Positions 9,481 through 17,859 of a stretch of 64,000 bases of DNA are shown here, in pieces. This DNA comes from Clostridia bacterium (lineage in GTDB: Bacteria > Bacillota > Clostridia > Christensenellales > DTU072): positions 102,064 to 166,063 of the forward strand of contig JAFQOO010000008.1 of the NCBI GenBank assembly GCA_017403145.1. Reading direction: 5' to 3'. Under the pieces are notes generated by a model that worked only from the letters and a program-made list of their open reading frames with translations, had not been told where the DNA came from and did no database searches. Each line of letters opens with the position of its first letter. Position 1 is the stretch's first letter. A program made the position numbers and the translations under genes.

Positions 9481-10365
9481 TTATCCTAATTCAGCACATA
9501 ATGAATCAATTATTTTTCCAGTAGAATCATTAACTATAAAAAAGACTTTCTCCTCTGAAGTTTTTACTATCTCCCATTGCAATACTTCTTCTTTTTTTGC
9601 ACAATAACTTTTGGTTCTTTTTTCTTTATCATAGCTAATATATATAGTAAGCCATTGACCTTCTTTAGGAACATAAAAATTTCCTTTCGTTATACTATTC
9701 CCTTTTGTATATAACTCTTGTAAAATAGGATCTTTTTCAAAAATATTACGGCTTTCACGTTCTAACAATACACTCTTTATTGATAAATTTGGTATTTCTT
9801 TTTCATTGTTACTCAAAGTCATATTTTTTGTATCCTTTTGTTGTACTATTTTATCGTTAGAAATCGTACTCCCTATATCTTCGCAATATACTATCGGTTT
9901 TTTTGTAATTTTTTCATCTTTAATAACATAACCATACGTTGCATTTGCTAAAACATATTTTCCTTGTCTGTTTTTCTGCAAATATGACTTGTTGGAATCA
10001 ATCACATTATTAATTTCCTCTATGCTCAGCTCTTTTCCAACATTCCATATCATTAAACCTATACCTAAAAAACCTAATTGTTCTTTTATCTTGACCAATA
10101 TACTATTATATCCTTCTTTTATTTCACTAGAAACTTCTTTTTCATTCAAAAAATCCGCAAAACTAGTTATTTGCGTCAATAAGATATCAAGAAGCTTGCT
10201 TGTCGGTATATTCCCTTCTACTTGTTGCTTCGTTTCTTTAATCTTTTTTTCGGCAGTTTCTAAATCCTTTTTTGCGTCTTCTAATGACCCTATAACCGAC
10301 TTGGCTACACCCTCTAATTTTTCTTTTATGTCATCTATAATATATTGATAATCTTCTGCTGCCAT
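9481..10365 (-). CDS. GrpE-like nucleotide-exchange-factor candidate with an extra C-terminal domain
   Basis: N-terminal long coiled coil. Then LLDILLTQITSFADFLNE...IKEGYNSILVKIKEQLGFLGI...G and ATYGYVIKDEKITKKPIV, which parallel the GrpE pattern (LLPVLDNLERAL...EGVEM...L...G..FDP...GY.l.dRvlRPA.V). Sits directly upstream of the Hsp70-like gene. Motif-level call only. Confidence 0.5.
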   Translation of the reverse strand: MAAEDYQYIIDDIKEKLEGVAKSVIGSLEDAKKDLETAEKKIKETKQQVEGNIPTSKLLDILLTQITSFADFLNEKEVSSEIKEGYNSILVKIKEQLGFLGIGLMIWNVGKELSIEEINNVIDSNKSYLQKNRQGKYVLANATYGYVIKDEKITKKPIVYCEDIGSTISNDKIVQQKDTKNMTLSNNEKEIPNLSIKSVLLERESRNIFEKDPILQELYTKGNSITKGNFYVPKEGQWLTIYISYDKEKRTKSYCAKKEEVLQWEIVKTSEEKVFFIVNDSTGKIIDSLCAELG

Positions 10366-10379
10366 AAATTCCTCCTTTA

Positions 10380-12113
10380 TTAAATTGCTAATAATATTTT
10401 TTTCCTTTCCTGGTTATAGTTATCTTCTAATTTCTCTATTGCAATAGCTTTATCTATATCGTCCACGCCCGGAGCATAATAAATTTGGTCGTAGCCTTGC
10501 CTAAAGACTTCCTCTAATTTTACCAATCTCTCCTGTGCTTCCATTCTACTATTGCAAAGCTTTTCTTGCTCTTCGTTTTGTTGTCCATCTTGATGCTCAA
10601 TGGATTGACTTACCTCTGACAACTTTCTCATGGCCTCAAGCAACTGGCTTAGTTTTTCATCTATGCCTTTGTGCTCTGATTGCAGTATAGAATGCCCTTT
10701 TTCTATAAGATTTTTGATTTCTTTATCAAAATAATTTTTAACCTCTTCGCTTAAAACGAGTTTCCCATCACTAGAACATTTTGCATTAGCTTTTTCTAGC
10801 TCTAAAAAAATATCTTCTAGACGTTTAGTTAAGGATTTAAATTGAGATTCTCCTTTCGTCATTTTCTCTTCAAGATAATTTGAAAGGGACTTTAGTGCTT
10901 CTTCATTACTCTGTGCAACATCAATGTTTTTGTAGACCAAAGTCTTAATTGCATCTTGATTTTTAGCTACGTTCTCTAGCTCTCTTATTAGCGTTTTATT
11001 GTCTTTATTAATTATTTCTAGCTGTTTTTCGGTGTCAACACCAATCTTTTTTAATAATTCTTGTTGTTCAACAATACTATCAATGGCTTTTTCTCCATTG
11101 TTTTTTATTGTTTCTAAAAAATCGTTTTGCTTACTAAAACAATTCTCTAATATTTCTTTAGTAAGCATTTTTTCTGCAATTTCTTTGCTAATTTGGTGAT
11201 TTGCTTCAAGCCTTTCTAAAATCACATCGGTGCCTTCTATATCCTTTAAAATAGAATATTCTTTGCCACAAGCGGCACAATAAACCTTAGTATTGCTTTC
11301 GTTAAAATACAAATGTTGTCCATAATATCCACAATTTGGACATTCGTGCGATAATAACTTTAAAGACTGTACGTTGGATTGGATTTGCTCGATAGAGCCA
11401 CCATTCACACGAACTTGGCTTAAATAAGTAGTGATTATTTCTTTAATTTCTTTAAGCTCTTCTTTAATTTCCCAATTGCTCTTTTTTATTAGAACTTCTA
11501 TAATGGAAATCGTTATTTGGTCTTCCGTTTCTAACTTTTGAAACTCCTCATAAAGAGACTCTTCTCTCAAATTTTCAAGAAGCTTTTTAAATACTTCTTT
11601 ATCGTTTGAATTTAGTCCTTGATATGTTTTAGATTCGTAGAAAATTTCTTCTATTTTTATCGAGAAAAGATAGTCGTTGATATATTTTGTAACGTGACTG
11701 CTAGCTCTTTGGATAGCTTGATTATCCTTTCTACGCTCTTTGTTTTCTTTTTTAGTAAAAAAGACAGCTGGTTTCTCCCAAATATTACCCCAAAAATTAG
11801 GTTTTATTTTTTCGCCTACTTCTTTAAAAATGTTCCTAAAATCATTTTTTTGAAGGGAAATTTCCTTGTTGAAAGATTTTTTAAACTCTTCGTTTAGTTT
11901 CTCAAAAGCAGATTCATCTAGTCTATCATCCAAAAGCTCCCCAAGCAATTCTGGGGCCATATTGATGGCAAGCTCTGCTATTTTCTTTATCGACGTGCTT
12001 ATTATCGTGGGGCCTAGAATAGCCGGACCAAGCCCTGCTGTTAACACACCAAGGCCTATCGTGCCACCAATAATAACCCCCATTTGAATGTAGCATTTCG
12101 TATCCTTCTTCAT
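10380..12113 (-). CDS. Membrane-anchored coiled-coil protein with an internal zinc ribbon
   Basis: 577 aa. N-terminal Gly-rich hydrophobic segment (MGVIIGGTIGLGVLTAGLGPAILGPTII), long K/E-rich helical regions, and CPNCGYYGQHLYFNESNTKVYCAACGKEY (CxxC...CxxC). Confidence 0.6.
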   Translation of the reverse strand: MKKDTKCYIQMGVIIGGTIGLGVLTAGLGPAILGPTIISTSIKKIAELAINMAPELLGELLDDRLDESAFEKLNEEFKKSFNKEISLQKNDFRNIFKEVGEKIKPNFWGNIWEKPAVFFTKKENKERRKDNQAIQRASSHVTKYINDYLFSIKIEEIFYESKTYQGLNSNDKEVFKKLLENLREESLYEEFQKLETEDQITISIIEVLIKKSNWEIKEELKEIKEIITTYLSQVRVNGGSIEQIQSNVQSLKLLSHECPNCGYYGQHLYFNESNTKVYCAACGKEYSILKDIEGTDVILERLEANHQISKEIAEKMLTKEILENCFSKQNDFLETIKNNGEKAIDSIVEQQELLKKIGVDTEKQLEIINKDNKTLIRELENVAKNQDAIKTLVYKNIDVAQSNEEALKSLSNYLEEKMTKGESQFKSLTKRLEDIFLELEKANAKCSSDGKLVLSEEVKNYFDKEIKNLIEKGHSILQSEHKGIDEKLSQLLEAMRKLSEVSQSIEHQDGQQNEEQEKLCNSRMEAQERLVKLEEVFRQGYDQIYYAPGVDDIDKAIAIEKLEDNYNQERKKILLAI

Positions 12114-12140
12114 CTTTTCCTCTTTCGTTAATGATATTCT

Positions 12141-12521
12141 TTATCTGTTAGCCCAACTTTGAACGCATTTCCAAATATCGTTTGCTGAATCGTTTATTAT
12201 TGTTAACGAGGCTTCATTTCTATAGTATTTGTCTATTACGTCAAGCTCTTTTTCTATTTTATCTAGGATAACACCATCATTGTTACTACAACTTAGAAAT
12301 TTAATCTTTTGGTAAGAAGCCTTTAATTTCTCGATGGTATCTTCGTTAGTCCGATTGATGCGTGCATTGTTTTCTTCCGTTTTAAATTCCATATCGGATA
12401 AATAACGCGGTTCCCATAGATTTATATAACTATTTAGTCTATTAGTTATCGTGATTCTTCTTCTGTTAAGAGTACTCGCGACACTTTCGGTTGCTTTTTT
12501 ATTTCTTCTGAATATGCACAT
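12141..12521 (-). CDS. Hypothetical protein (126 aa)
   Basis: ORF in operon context with short gaps on both sides. No motif recognised. Confidence 0.5.
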   Translation of the reverse strand: MCIFRRNKKATESVASTLNRRRITITNRLNSYINLWEPRYLSDMEFKTEENNARINRTNEDTIEKLKASYQKIKFLSCSNNDGVILDKIEKELDVIDKYYRNEASLTIINDSANDIWKCVQSWANR

Positions 12522-12550
12522 AGCTAACCTTCTATATTACCATTAACTTT

Positions 12551-13213
12551 TTAATTAATCCTTTCGAGTGTTGAAATACTAATATAACTTATATTACCCG
12601 CGTTTACTGCCTTTACGCCAAAAGATTTAACCGCTTCATCTAAATCTTTCTTACTTATTCCATTTATTGCTTTTCTAACATCCTCTTCGGTGGTACTATC
12701 TTTATCATCAAGAATCTTTCTGATAACATTCTTAACAACAACTTCACGAAGTCTAACACCTAGTCCATCAACTGCTACACCTTTACGAGAATAAGTCGAG
12801 CAATAAATGGTACCATCATTATCCCAACCCGTGGGATTAGATAGCAATCCCAAGTTTTCCCTCACGTTATCCATGCTCCACGTTATAGTTCCATTGGCAC
12901 ACCAACCATTTCCTTTATATCCCCAAGGCATAATAAAAGAAAATGAACTTGTTTTATAGCAAACAACGTCGACAAACCATTTCTCATCGTTTTTTTTCGC
13001 CCTTTTAATAGTTTTATCTTTTATTTCAATTATTTTGTTGCTATCATCTAGTTTTAATGGTATTTCCACATCTTGGCCCTTATAATAAAACGCATACTCA
13101 TATCCCGTAGGTGCTTGTACAAGCATATCTAAAGAAATTTCCATACTCTTTTTTGCCATAAGAACACTAGAATGGTCTGGGATTCTAAATGAAATTATAT
13201 TGTTGTTTGCCAT
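12551..13213 (-). CDS. YdjI-like SPFH (Band_7_1-type) domain protein candidate
   Basis: ISLDMLVQAPTGYEYAFYYKGQ and WGYKGNGWCANGTITWSMDNV resemble, from my memory of B. subtilis YdjI, the patterns LIIRPGQDAVFLNNG and WGT...RANGTFNFKVQD. Needs a profile search. Confidence 0.45.
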   Translation of the reverse strand: MANNNIISFRIPDHSSVLMAKKSMEISLDMLVQAPTGYEYAFYYKGQDVEIPLKLDDSNKIIEIKDKTIKRAKKNDEKWFVDVVCYKTSSFSFIMPWGYKGNGWCANGTITWSMDNVRENLGLLSNPTGWDNDGTIYCSTYSRKGVAVDGLGVRLREVVVKNVIRKILDDKDSTTEEDVRKAINGISKKDLDEAVKSFGVKAVNAGNISYISISTLERIN

Positions 13214-13243
13214 ATTATACCTCTTATCGTTTGCGCTAAATTA

Positions 13244-14914
13244 TTAGTTTTCGGTTTCGGAATTAGCGTTTTCGGTTGCCGAATCTATTATTTGAGATGC
13301 TACGTCTATAGTGATAGTTTGTTCGTTGGATACGTCATTAACAACGGGTTCTTCTTTTGCTACCTCAACAACTTTAGGTTCGCTTGCGTATGCTTCGGGA
13401 GAGAGGTATCTCTTACCTTTTTCGCTTAGACCTCTACCACGATTGGAAATGTTGATAAAGCCAAGTTTAATTAAGTAAGGCTCGAATTCGCTTACGTATA
13501 CACTCGTATCCAAATGTGCTTTTGCAGCGAGAGTTTCGGCTGCCATGATGCCAACGGGGTCGTGAGAAAGTATGTCGAGGATTTCGAGGTCCTTGGTGCG
13601 CAAGCCGATGGGGTCTAGTTCTCTTTCTCTAAAGTACTCTGCTACCATAGCTTCGTTGATGATAAAGGTTTCGGCGTTTATAGCCTTGGTTCTTAGTCCG
13701 TTAACAAAAGACTCAACCTCTCTTATAGAGCTACGACAACGATTGATGCAGTCTTCAAGAACGTTTTCTTCTACTATCAATCCGTATGCTCCAAACTTAT
13801 TCTTGAAAATCTTAGCAAGTTCTTCGCGGGTGTAATCCTTTAGATAGAAGGTCAAATTATTGCATCTATCTTTTATGGTAGAAAGCACCTTATCAGCATC
13901 GGTGGTTGCACCAATGAAGGTAAACTCTTTAATCGGTATGTTTTGGGTCATACCATTATTATCCATATAACTATATACACGGTCGTTTAACAACGTTAAA
14001 AGAGCGGTTTGAATTTGCTTGGGCATTGCATGAATTTCATCAAAAGCAATTACAACGGGTAGACCATAATCGCAAATATTCATAAAGAATTTATGTAGTT
14101 TGCGTTGAGAAGCTACGTCGTTATTGAACGAAGAAGCATCCATAAAACGGAAGTCTACACCAAGTTCTTTTGCGATAAGCTTCATTAGAGTGGACTTACC
14201 TAATCCCCTACTACCAAACAATAGAATGTTATCTATATGCTTTTTACCAAGCTTTTTAGCAGCGGCAATTTCTTGCTTAATACGTCTAACAACGTGAGCT
14301 TGACCTATAAAATCATCCAAGCATTCGGGAGTAAAACCACCATCTTTATCTTTGGTTGCCCCATTTCCGTTATTTGCAACGTCAACGATAGGAACGACGT
14401 CTATATCCTTTTCGACAGCAACGGGAACTACCGGTTCCTTATCCTTTGCGGTAGGAACGTCGGGTTCTTTATCTTTAGCGGTAGGAACGGGGTCGGGGGT
14501 TTCCTTCTTGTCGTCCTTTTGCTTCTTTACAAGGTCATCGATAAGGTCGTCTATATCGTTATCTTTTTTGATAGGAGTCTTCGTGTTGTCAACAATAGAC
14601 TTTTCGATAATAGCATCCCCTCTTGCTATTTGATTAAAAGAAGGTTTGTCTTTTGTGGGAGAGGTAAAACCAAAGAATCCTTGAACGTGTGCATGGTTTA
14701 AACCGGACACCTTGATTAGTTTTATTATGTTATCGATGCTACCTGCAAATACGTCGCATTTTATTGCTTCGTAATACGTGGCAACTTTACCCAATTCTTT
14801 AACGTAGTTAGAAATTTGGGTTAGGTTTTCACATACTGCATCTATATCTTGTCCAATTTGTGCCGCATTTCTTGCAGCCACGTATTTCGCGCGAAGTTTA
14901 TCTAAATCCGCCAT
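13244..14914 (-). CDS. RuvB-like AAA+ ATPase with an N-terminal extension of about 200 aa
   Basis: FIGQAHVVRRIKQEIAAAKKLGKKHIDNILLFGSRGLGKSTLMKLIAKELGV (RuvB-type N-terminal region; P-loop GSRGLGKS instead of GPPGLGKT). Walker B VVIAFDEIH, sensor GATT. RuvB-type C-terminal winged helix LDPIGLRTKDLEILDIL...EPYLIKLGFINISNRGRGLSEKG. N-terminal helical domain, then tandem PTAKDKEP repeats (nt 14429-14488). Confidence 0.75.
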   Translation of the reverse strand: MADLDKLRAKYVAARNAAQIGQDIDAVCENLTQISNYVKELGKVATYYEAIKCDVFAGSIDNIIKLIKVSGLNHAHVQGFFGFTSPTKDKPSFNQIARGDAIIEKSIVDNTKTPIKKDNDIDDLIDDLVKKQKDDKKETPDPVPTAKDKEPDVPTAKDKEPVVPVAVEKDIDVVPIVDVANNGNGATKDKDGGFTPECLDDFIGQAHVVRRIKQEIAAAKKLGKKHIDNILLFGSRGLGKSTLMKLIAKELGVDFRFMDASSFNNDVASQRKLHKFFMNICDYGLPVVIAFDEIHAMPKQIQTALLTLLNDRVYSYMDNNGMTQNIPIKEFTFIGATTDADKVLSTIKDRCNNLTFYLKDYTREELAKIFKNKFGAYGLIVEENVLEDCINRCRSSIREVESFVNGLRTKAINAETFIINEAMVAEYFRERELDPIGLRTKDLEILDILSHDPVGIMAAETLAAKAHLDTSVYVSEFEPYLIKLGFINISNRGRGLSEKGKRYLSPEAYASEPKVVEVAKEEPVVNDVSNEQTITIDVASQIIDSATENANSETEN

Positions 14915-15082
14915 AGTTTTGCCTCCGTTAAATCTTATATATTTTTGATATCATAGATATCGTCGTTTTCTATTTGAGTTGAATAAAAAGCGCCCCTTAT
15001 TAAAACTTTATATCATCTTAACAAGGTGCGCCTTCTTCTATATTAAAGATTCCGTCTTGTCGATGCCCTATTGACAATCAGA

Positions 15083-16267
15083 CTATTTCTTTAAATGTGC
15101 TAGATATTCCATCAAGGTCATATTCTTGGAATAAGCATCAAAGCTCATCAACATTTCGTCAGTGATGGAATTGATGTATTTTCTTAGTACTTCCTCAACG
15201 TCGTCGCGAGTTACACAATCATCTTTGGTCGTTCCGTGTGCGCTAAAGTACTTAACCTCTCTTTCCAAGGGACGATTGATAACTTGCTTACAAATAGCCT
15301 TGATATCGGCACCTGCGTATCCCTCGGTCTTTTTTGCCACCCAATCTATGGTAACGTCGGGAGCACAAGGGATATCCAAACGGTCTTTTATGCTTTCGTC
15401 TTTACCAAGATAGATGGAAATAAGCTTTCTACGAGCTTCCATATCGGGAAGAGGAATATATATTTGGGTTTCGAAACGTCCACCACGTTTAACTGCACTA
15501 TCCAAAATCCAAGGACGGTTGGTAGCTGCGACTATTATACGAATTTGATTTTCTTTAGTGCCGGCAGTAAAGCCATCCATATTGGTTAATAGAGTGGTTA
15601 GTTGCTCTTTGGTGTGTCTGGATTCATCGTCTTCACGACTTGCGGCAATAGCGTCTATTTCGTCGAAGAATATAATGCATTTATCGTACTTCTTCGCTTG
15701 CTCGAAAATCGCGTGAATTACCTTTGCGCCATCACCAACCAAATTTGCCATAACGTCTTTGATTTGAACAACGGCTATTTTGCATCCGAGCTGTCCTGCT
15801 AGACATTTTACCAAATGGGTTTTGCCCGTTCCGGGAGGTCCGTAAAGAAGGATTTGTAGGCCTATGTCTTTACGATACTTTCTATAGATAGGTGCATATT
15901 TAGGGGACAAGGCGGCAAAAACGTTTACTAATAATGCATCTTTTACCTCTTGTAGCCCTGCAACGTCCTTCATTGAAAGGTTAGGAATGTCCGCAGCAAA
16001 CCAATCGGTTTTACTAGCATCCTCCGATGCCGATTGTTTGGTGGCAGGAGCAGGAGCGTTCTTGATTTTTTCTAAATCATCAAGGAACTTCTTAACGATT
16101 TTTGCATTTTGAACGAATTCGCTCTTATATACGTCGGCAACGTTAGGGTTTTGCACCTCTTTATTTGCATATTGCAAAATAATTTGTGCATACTCTTTAG
16201 CACCCTCTAGGTCGTTTTCTTGGCGCTTTTGATTATATATTGCTAAATATCTTTTAAAGGTTTGCAT
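15083..16267 (-). CDS. Vps4/katanin-clade AAA ATPase with an N-terminal MIT-like helical domain
   Basis: [13 protein letters not shown] (Walker A), [10 protein letters not shown] (Walker B). [28 protein letters not shown] closely parallels the Vps4 second region of homology [26 protein letters not shown]. N-terminal ~75 aa helical segment [18 protein letters not shown]...[15 protein letters not shown] fits a MIT-like pattern. Confidence 0.8.
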   Translation of the reverse strand: [394 protein letters not shown]

Positions 16268-16318
16268 AGTTTTATTACTACTAAAGGTTAACTCGTCTTA
16301 TATTTTAGAGAGGCCTTA

Positions 16319-16957
16319 TTAGCCTTTTTTGTTTTCTGCATCTATCATTGCAGTGATTGCATCAATACTAGCATCCATAGTAGTGGGTGCAGCTACGTTT
16401 GAAGGAACGGGAGCGGTGCTCTTAACGAGGCCTTCTCTTAGACGCAAATCTCTAGCTGCTTTTTCTTTTTCGAACCTTTGTTGAATTTTGCTATCCATGA
16501 TGTTCTTATCACCAAACAAACGACGCATTTCTTTGTCTTTGGGATTTCTTAATGCAGTACGTAGTCCACGGATAGACTCTCTCGCCTTGTTAATATCTTT
16601 ACGAGTAGCTATAAGTTTATTGGTAAGTTTTTCAAGGTTAGGTATTTTGGAAAAAGCTTTTCTGCAGTTAGTGATTGCTTTTACGATATCTTCTATATTG
16701 GAGAAAGCCTCGGATATAGTAGCAGCTCTGATGATTTCCTTTTCAATAGCGGCAAAACCATCTCTAAACTCTAGTATTTCAGCTTTTTCTAATAGCATAT
16801 CGTTTGAGCCTTCTTCATCGCCATCGCGAGCCATCTCATCTGCCCAATCATTGTAATTATCGCTTAATTTGTCGAAATTTTTAACTACTTCACGGGCAAG
16901 AAGGGTTGCTTCTGCAATTTGCTCTTTGCGTTTGTACTCTTTGTCAACTTTGCTCAT
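16319..16957 (-). CDS. ESCRT-III/PspA-superfamily-like helical protein (candidate), 212 aa
   Basis: All-helical and charged. The central segment AFSKIPNLEKLTNKLIATRKDINKARESI resembles the CHMP/Snf7 alpha3-4 region (compare ...LKLPQIQKIMMEFERQAEIM...). Flexible tail ends in the amphipathic MDASIDAITAMIDAENKKG. Directly upstream of the Vps4-like gene. Confidence 0.5.
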   Translation of the reverse strand: MSKVDKEYKRKEQIAEATLLAREVVKNFDKLSDNYNDWADEMARDGDEEGSNDMLLEKAEILEFRDGFAAIEKEIIRAATISEAFSNIEDIVKAITNCRKAFSKIPNLEKLTNKLIATRKDINKARESIRGLRTALRNPKDKEMRRLFGDKNIMDSKIQQRFEKEKAARDLRLREGLVKSTAPVPSNVAAPTTMDASIDAITAMIDAENKKG

Positions 16958-16979
16958 AGTTTTGTCTCCTTTATATAAA

Positions 16980-17711
16980 TTAATTTTTATTAGTATTGGT
17001 GTTAATTGCGGTTTGGGGGTCTTCCACAGTTATAGGCATATCAATAGCACGAACGTATGCCTGCTCTCTTTCTCTCTTCTTTTGAATGTTGAGTCTCATC
17101 TTTTCTTGTTCTTCTTTTTCTCTTTCCAAGCGAGACTTGTCCGATTCTTGGTCCATTAGTTTAAACTTTTCTGTTATGGTCGATTGTTTTTTGCTATACA
17201 TTTCAATAACGATTTTGTGTTTAGCAACGACTTGTTTCAATTTAGCCATTAGGTCTACAACCATTTTCTCAATATTTTCGGTCTCTTTTATATTGCGAAC
17301 CATACGAGGAAGCATTTTTTCAGGAATACTTTTGATAACTTCTTCGTACAAACCATTATTTACCAATGCTTGTGCGTGATTGCAAATTTCCCATAGTCCA
17401 ATATAGATATTATTTAAAAATTGGAGTCGACCTTGTAGTATATCCATTCTTGACTCTATCGATTTATATTGCGTTGAGTATGTGTCGTAATGGGCTTTCT
17501 CTACACCAGAAAGAGATTCTATATCTATATCGAGATATTTTTCAATATTCTTTTCTACATCGTTTTGCTCTTTTGCCAATTTTTTCATATCCTCCAATTC
17601 TGCCTCTTTCTGTTCTTTGATAAAACGAATACAAGCTTCAACTACGTCGATTTCTTTTTTTGCTTTTTCTTCGGTATAAATAAAACTTTTAAACCAGTCT
17701 GCTATAGTCAT
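16980..17711 (-). CDS. ESCRT-III/PspA-superfamily-like helical protein (candidate), 243 aa
   Basis: Long helical, coiled-coil sequence. Shares FIYTE and NG(L/Q)YEEVIK(S/G)I motifs with ORF 17860..18210. K/E/R-rich region followed by a Pro-containing tail IDMPITVEDPQ. Confidence 0.45.
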   Translation of the reverse strand: MTIADWFKSFIYTEEKAKKEIDVVEACIRFIKEQKEAELEDMKKLAKEQNDVEKNIEKYLDIDIESLSGVEKAHYDTYSTQYKSIESRMDILQGRLQFLNNIYIGLWEICNHAQALVNNGLYEEVIKSIPEKMLPRMVRNIKETENIEKMVVDLMAKLKQVVAKHKIVIEMYSKKQSTITEKFKLMDQESDKSRLEREKEEQEKMRLNIQKKREREQAYVRAIDMPITVEDPQTAINTNTNKN

Positions 17712-17776
17712 TAATGTTCTCCTATTTGTTTGATGCTTTGGGATAAAAAAATGCCTTTTTCCTCCCCATAAACATT

Positions 17777-17805
17777 ATTATATTATATATTATACAAAAA
17801 TTCAA
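17777..17805 (-). promoter_or_regulatory. Consensus sigma-A promoter upstream of ORF 16980..17711
   Basis: On the minus strand: TTGAAT (17800-17805), 17 nt, TATAAT (17777-17782). Confidence 0.55.
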
Positions 17806-17859
17806 TAGCTATTTTAAATTTTTAAACTAAATCTTTCTTAAAATTTCATATGACGGATT

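Noticed and set aside
13244-14914. Annotating the RuvB-like gene simply as housekeeping ruvB
   Set aside because: It has a 200-aa N-terminal extension and a non-canonical P-loop (GSRGLGKS). It has no ruvA, ruvC or queA neighbours and sits in operonic linkage with Vps4-like and SPFH-like genes. I kept it as RuvB-like pending a whole-genome check.
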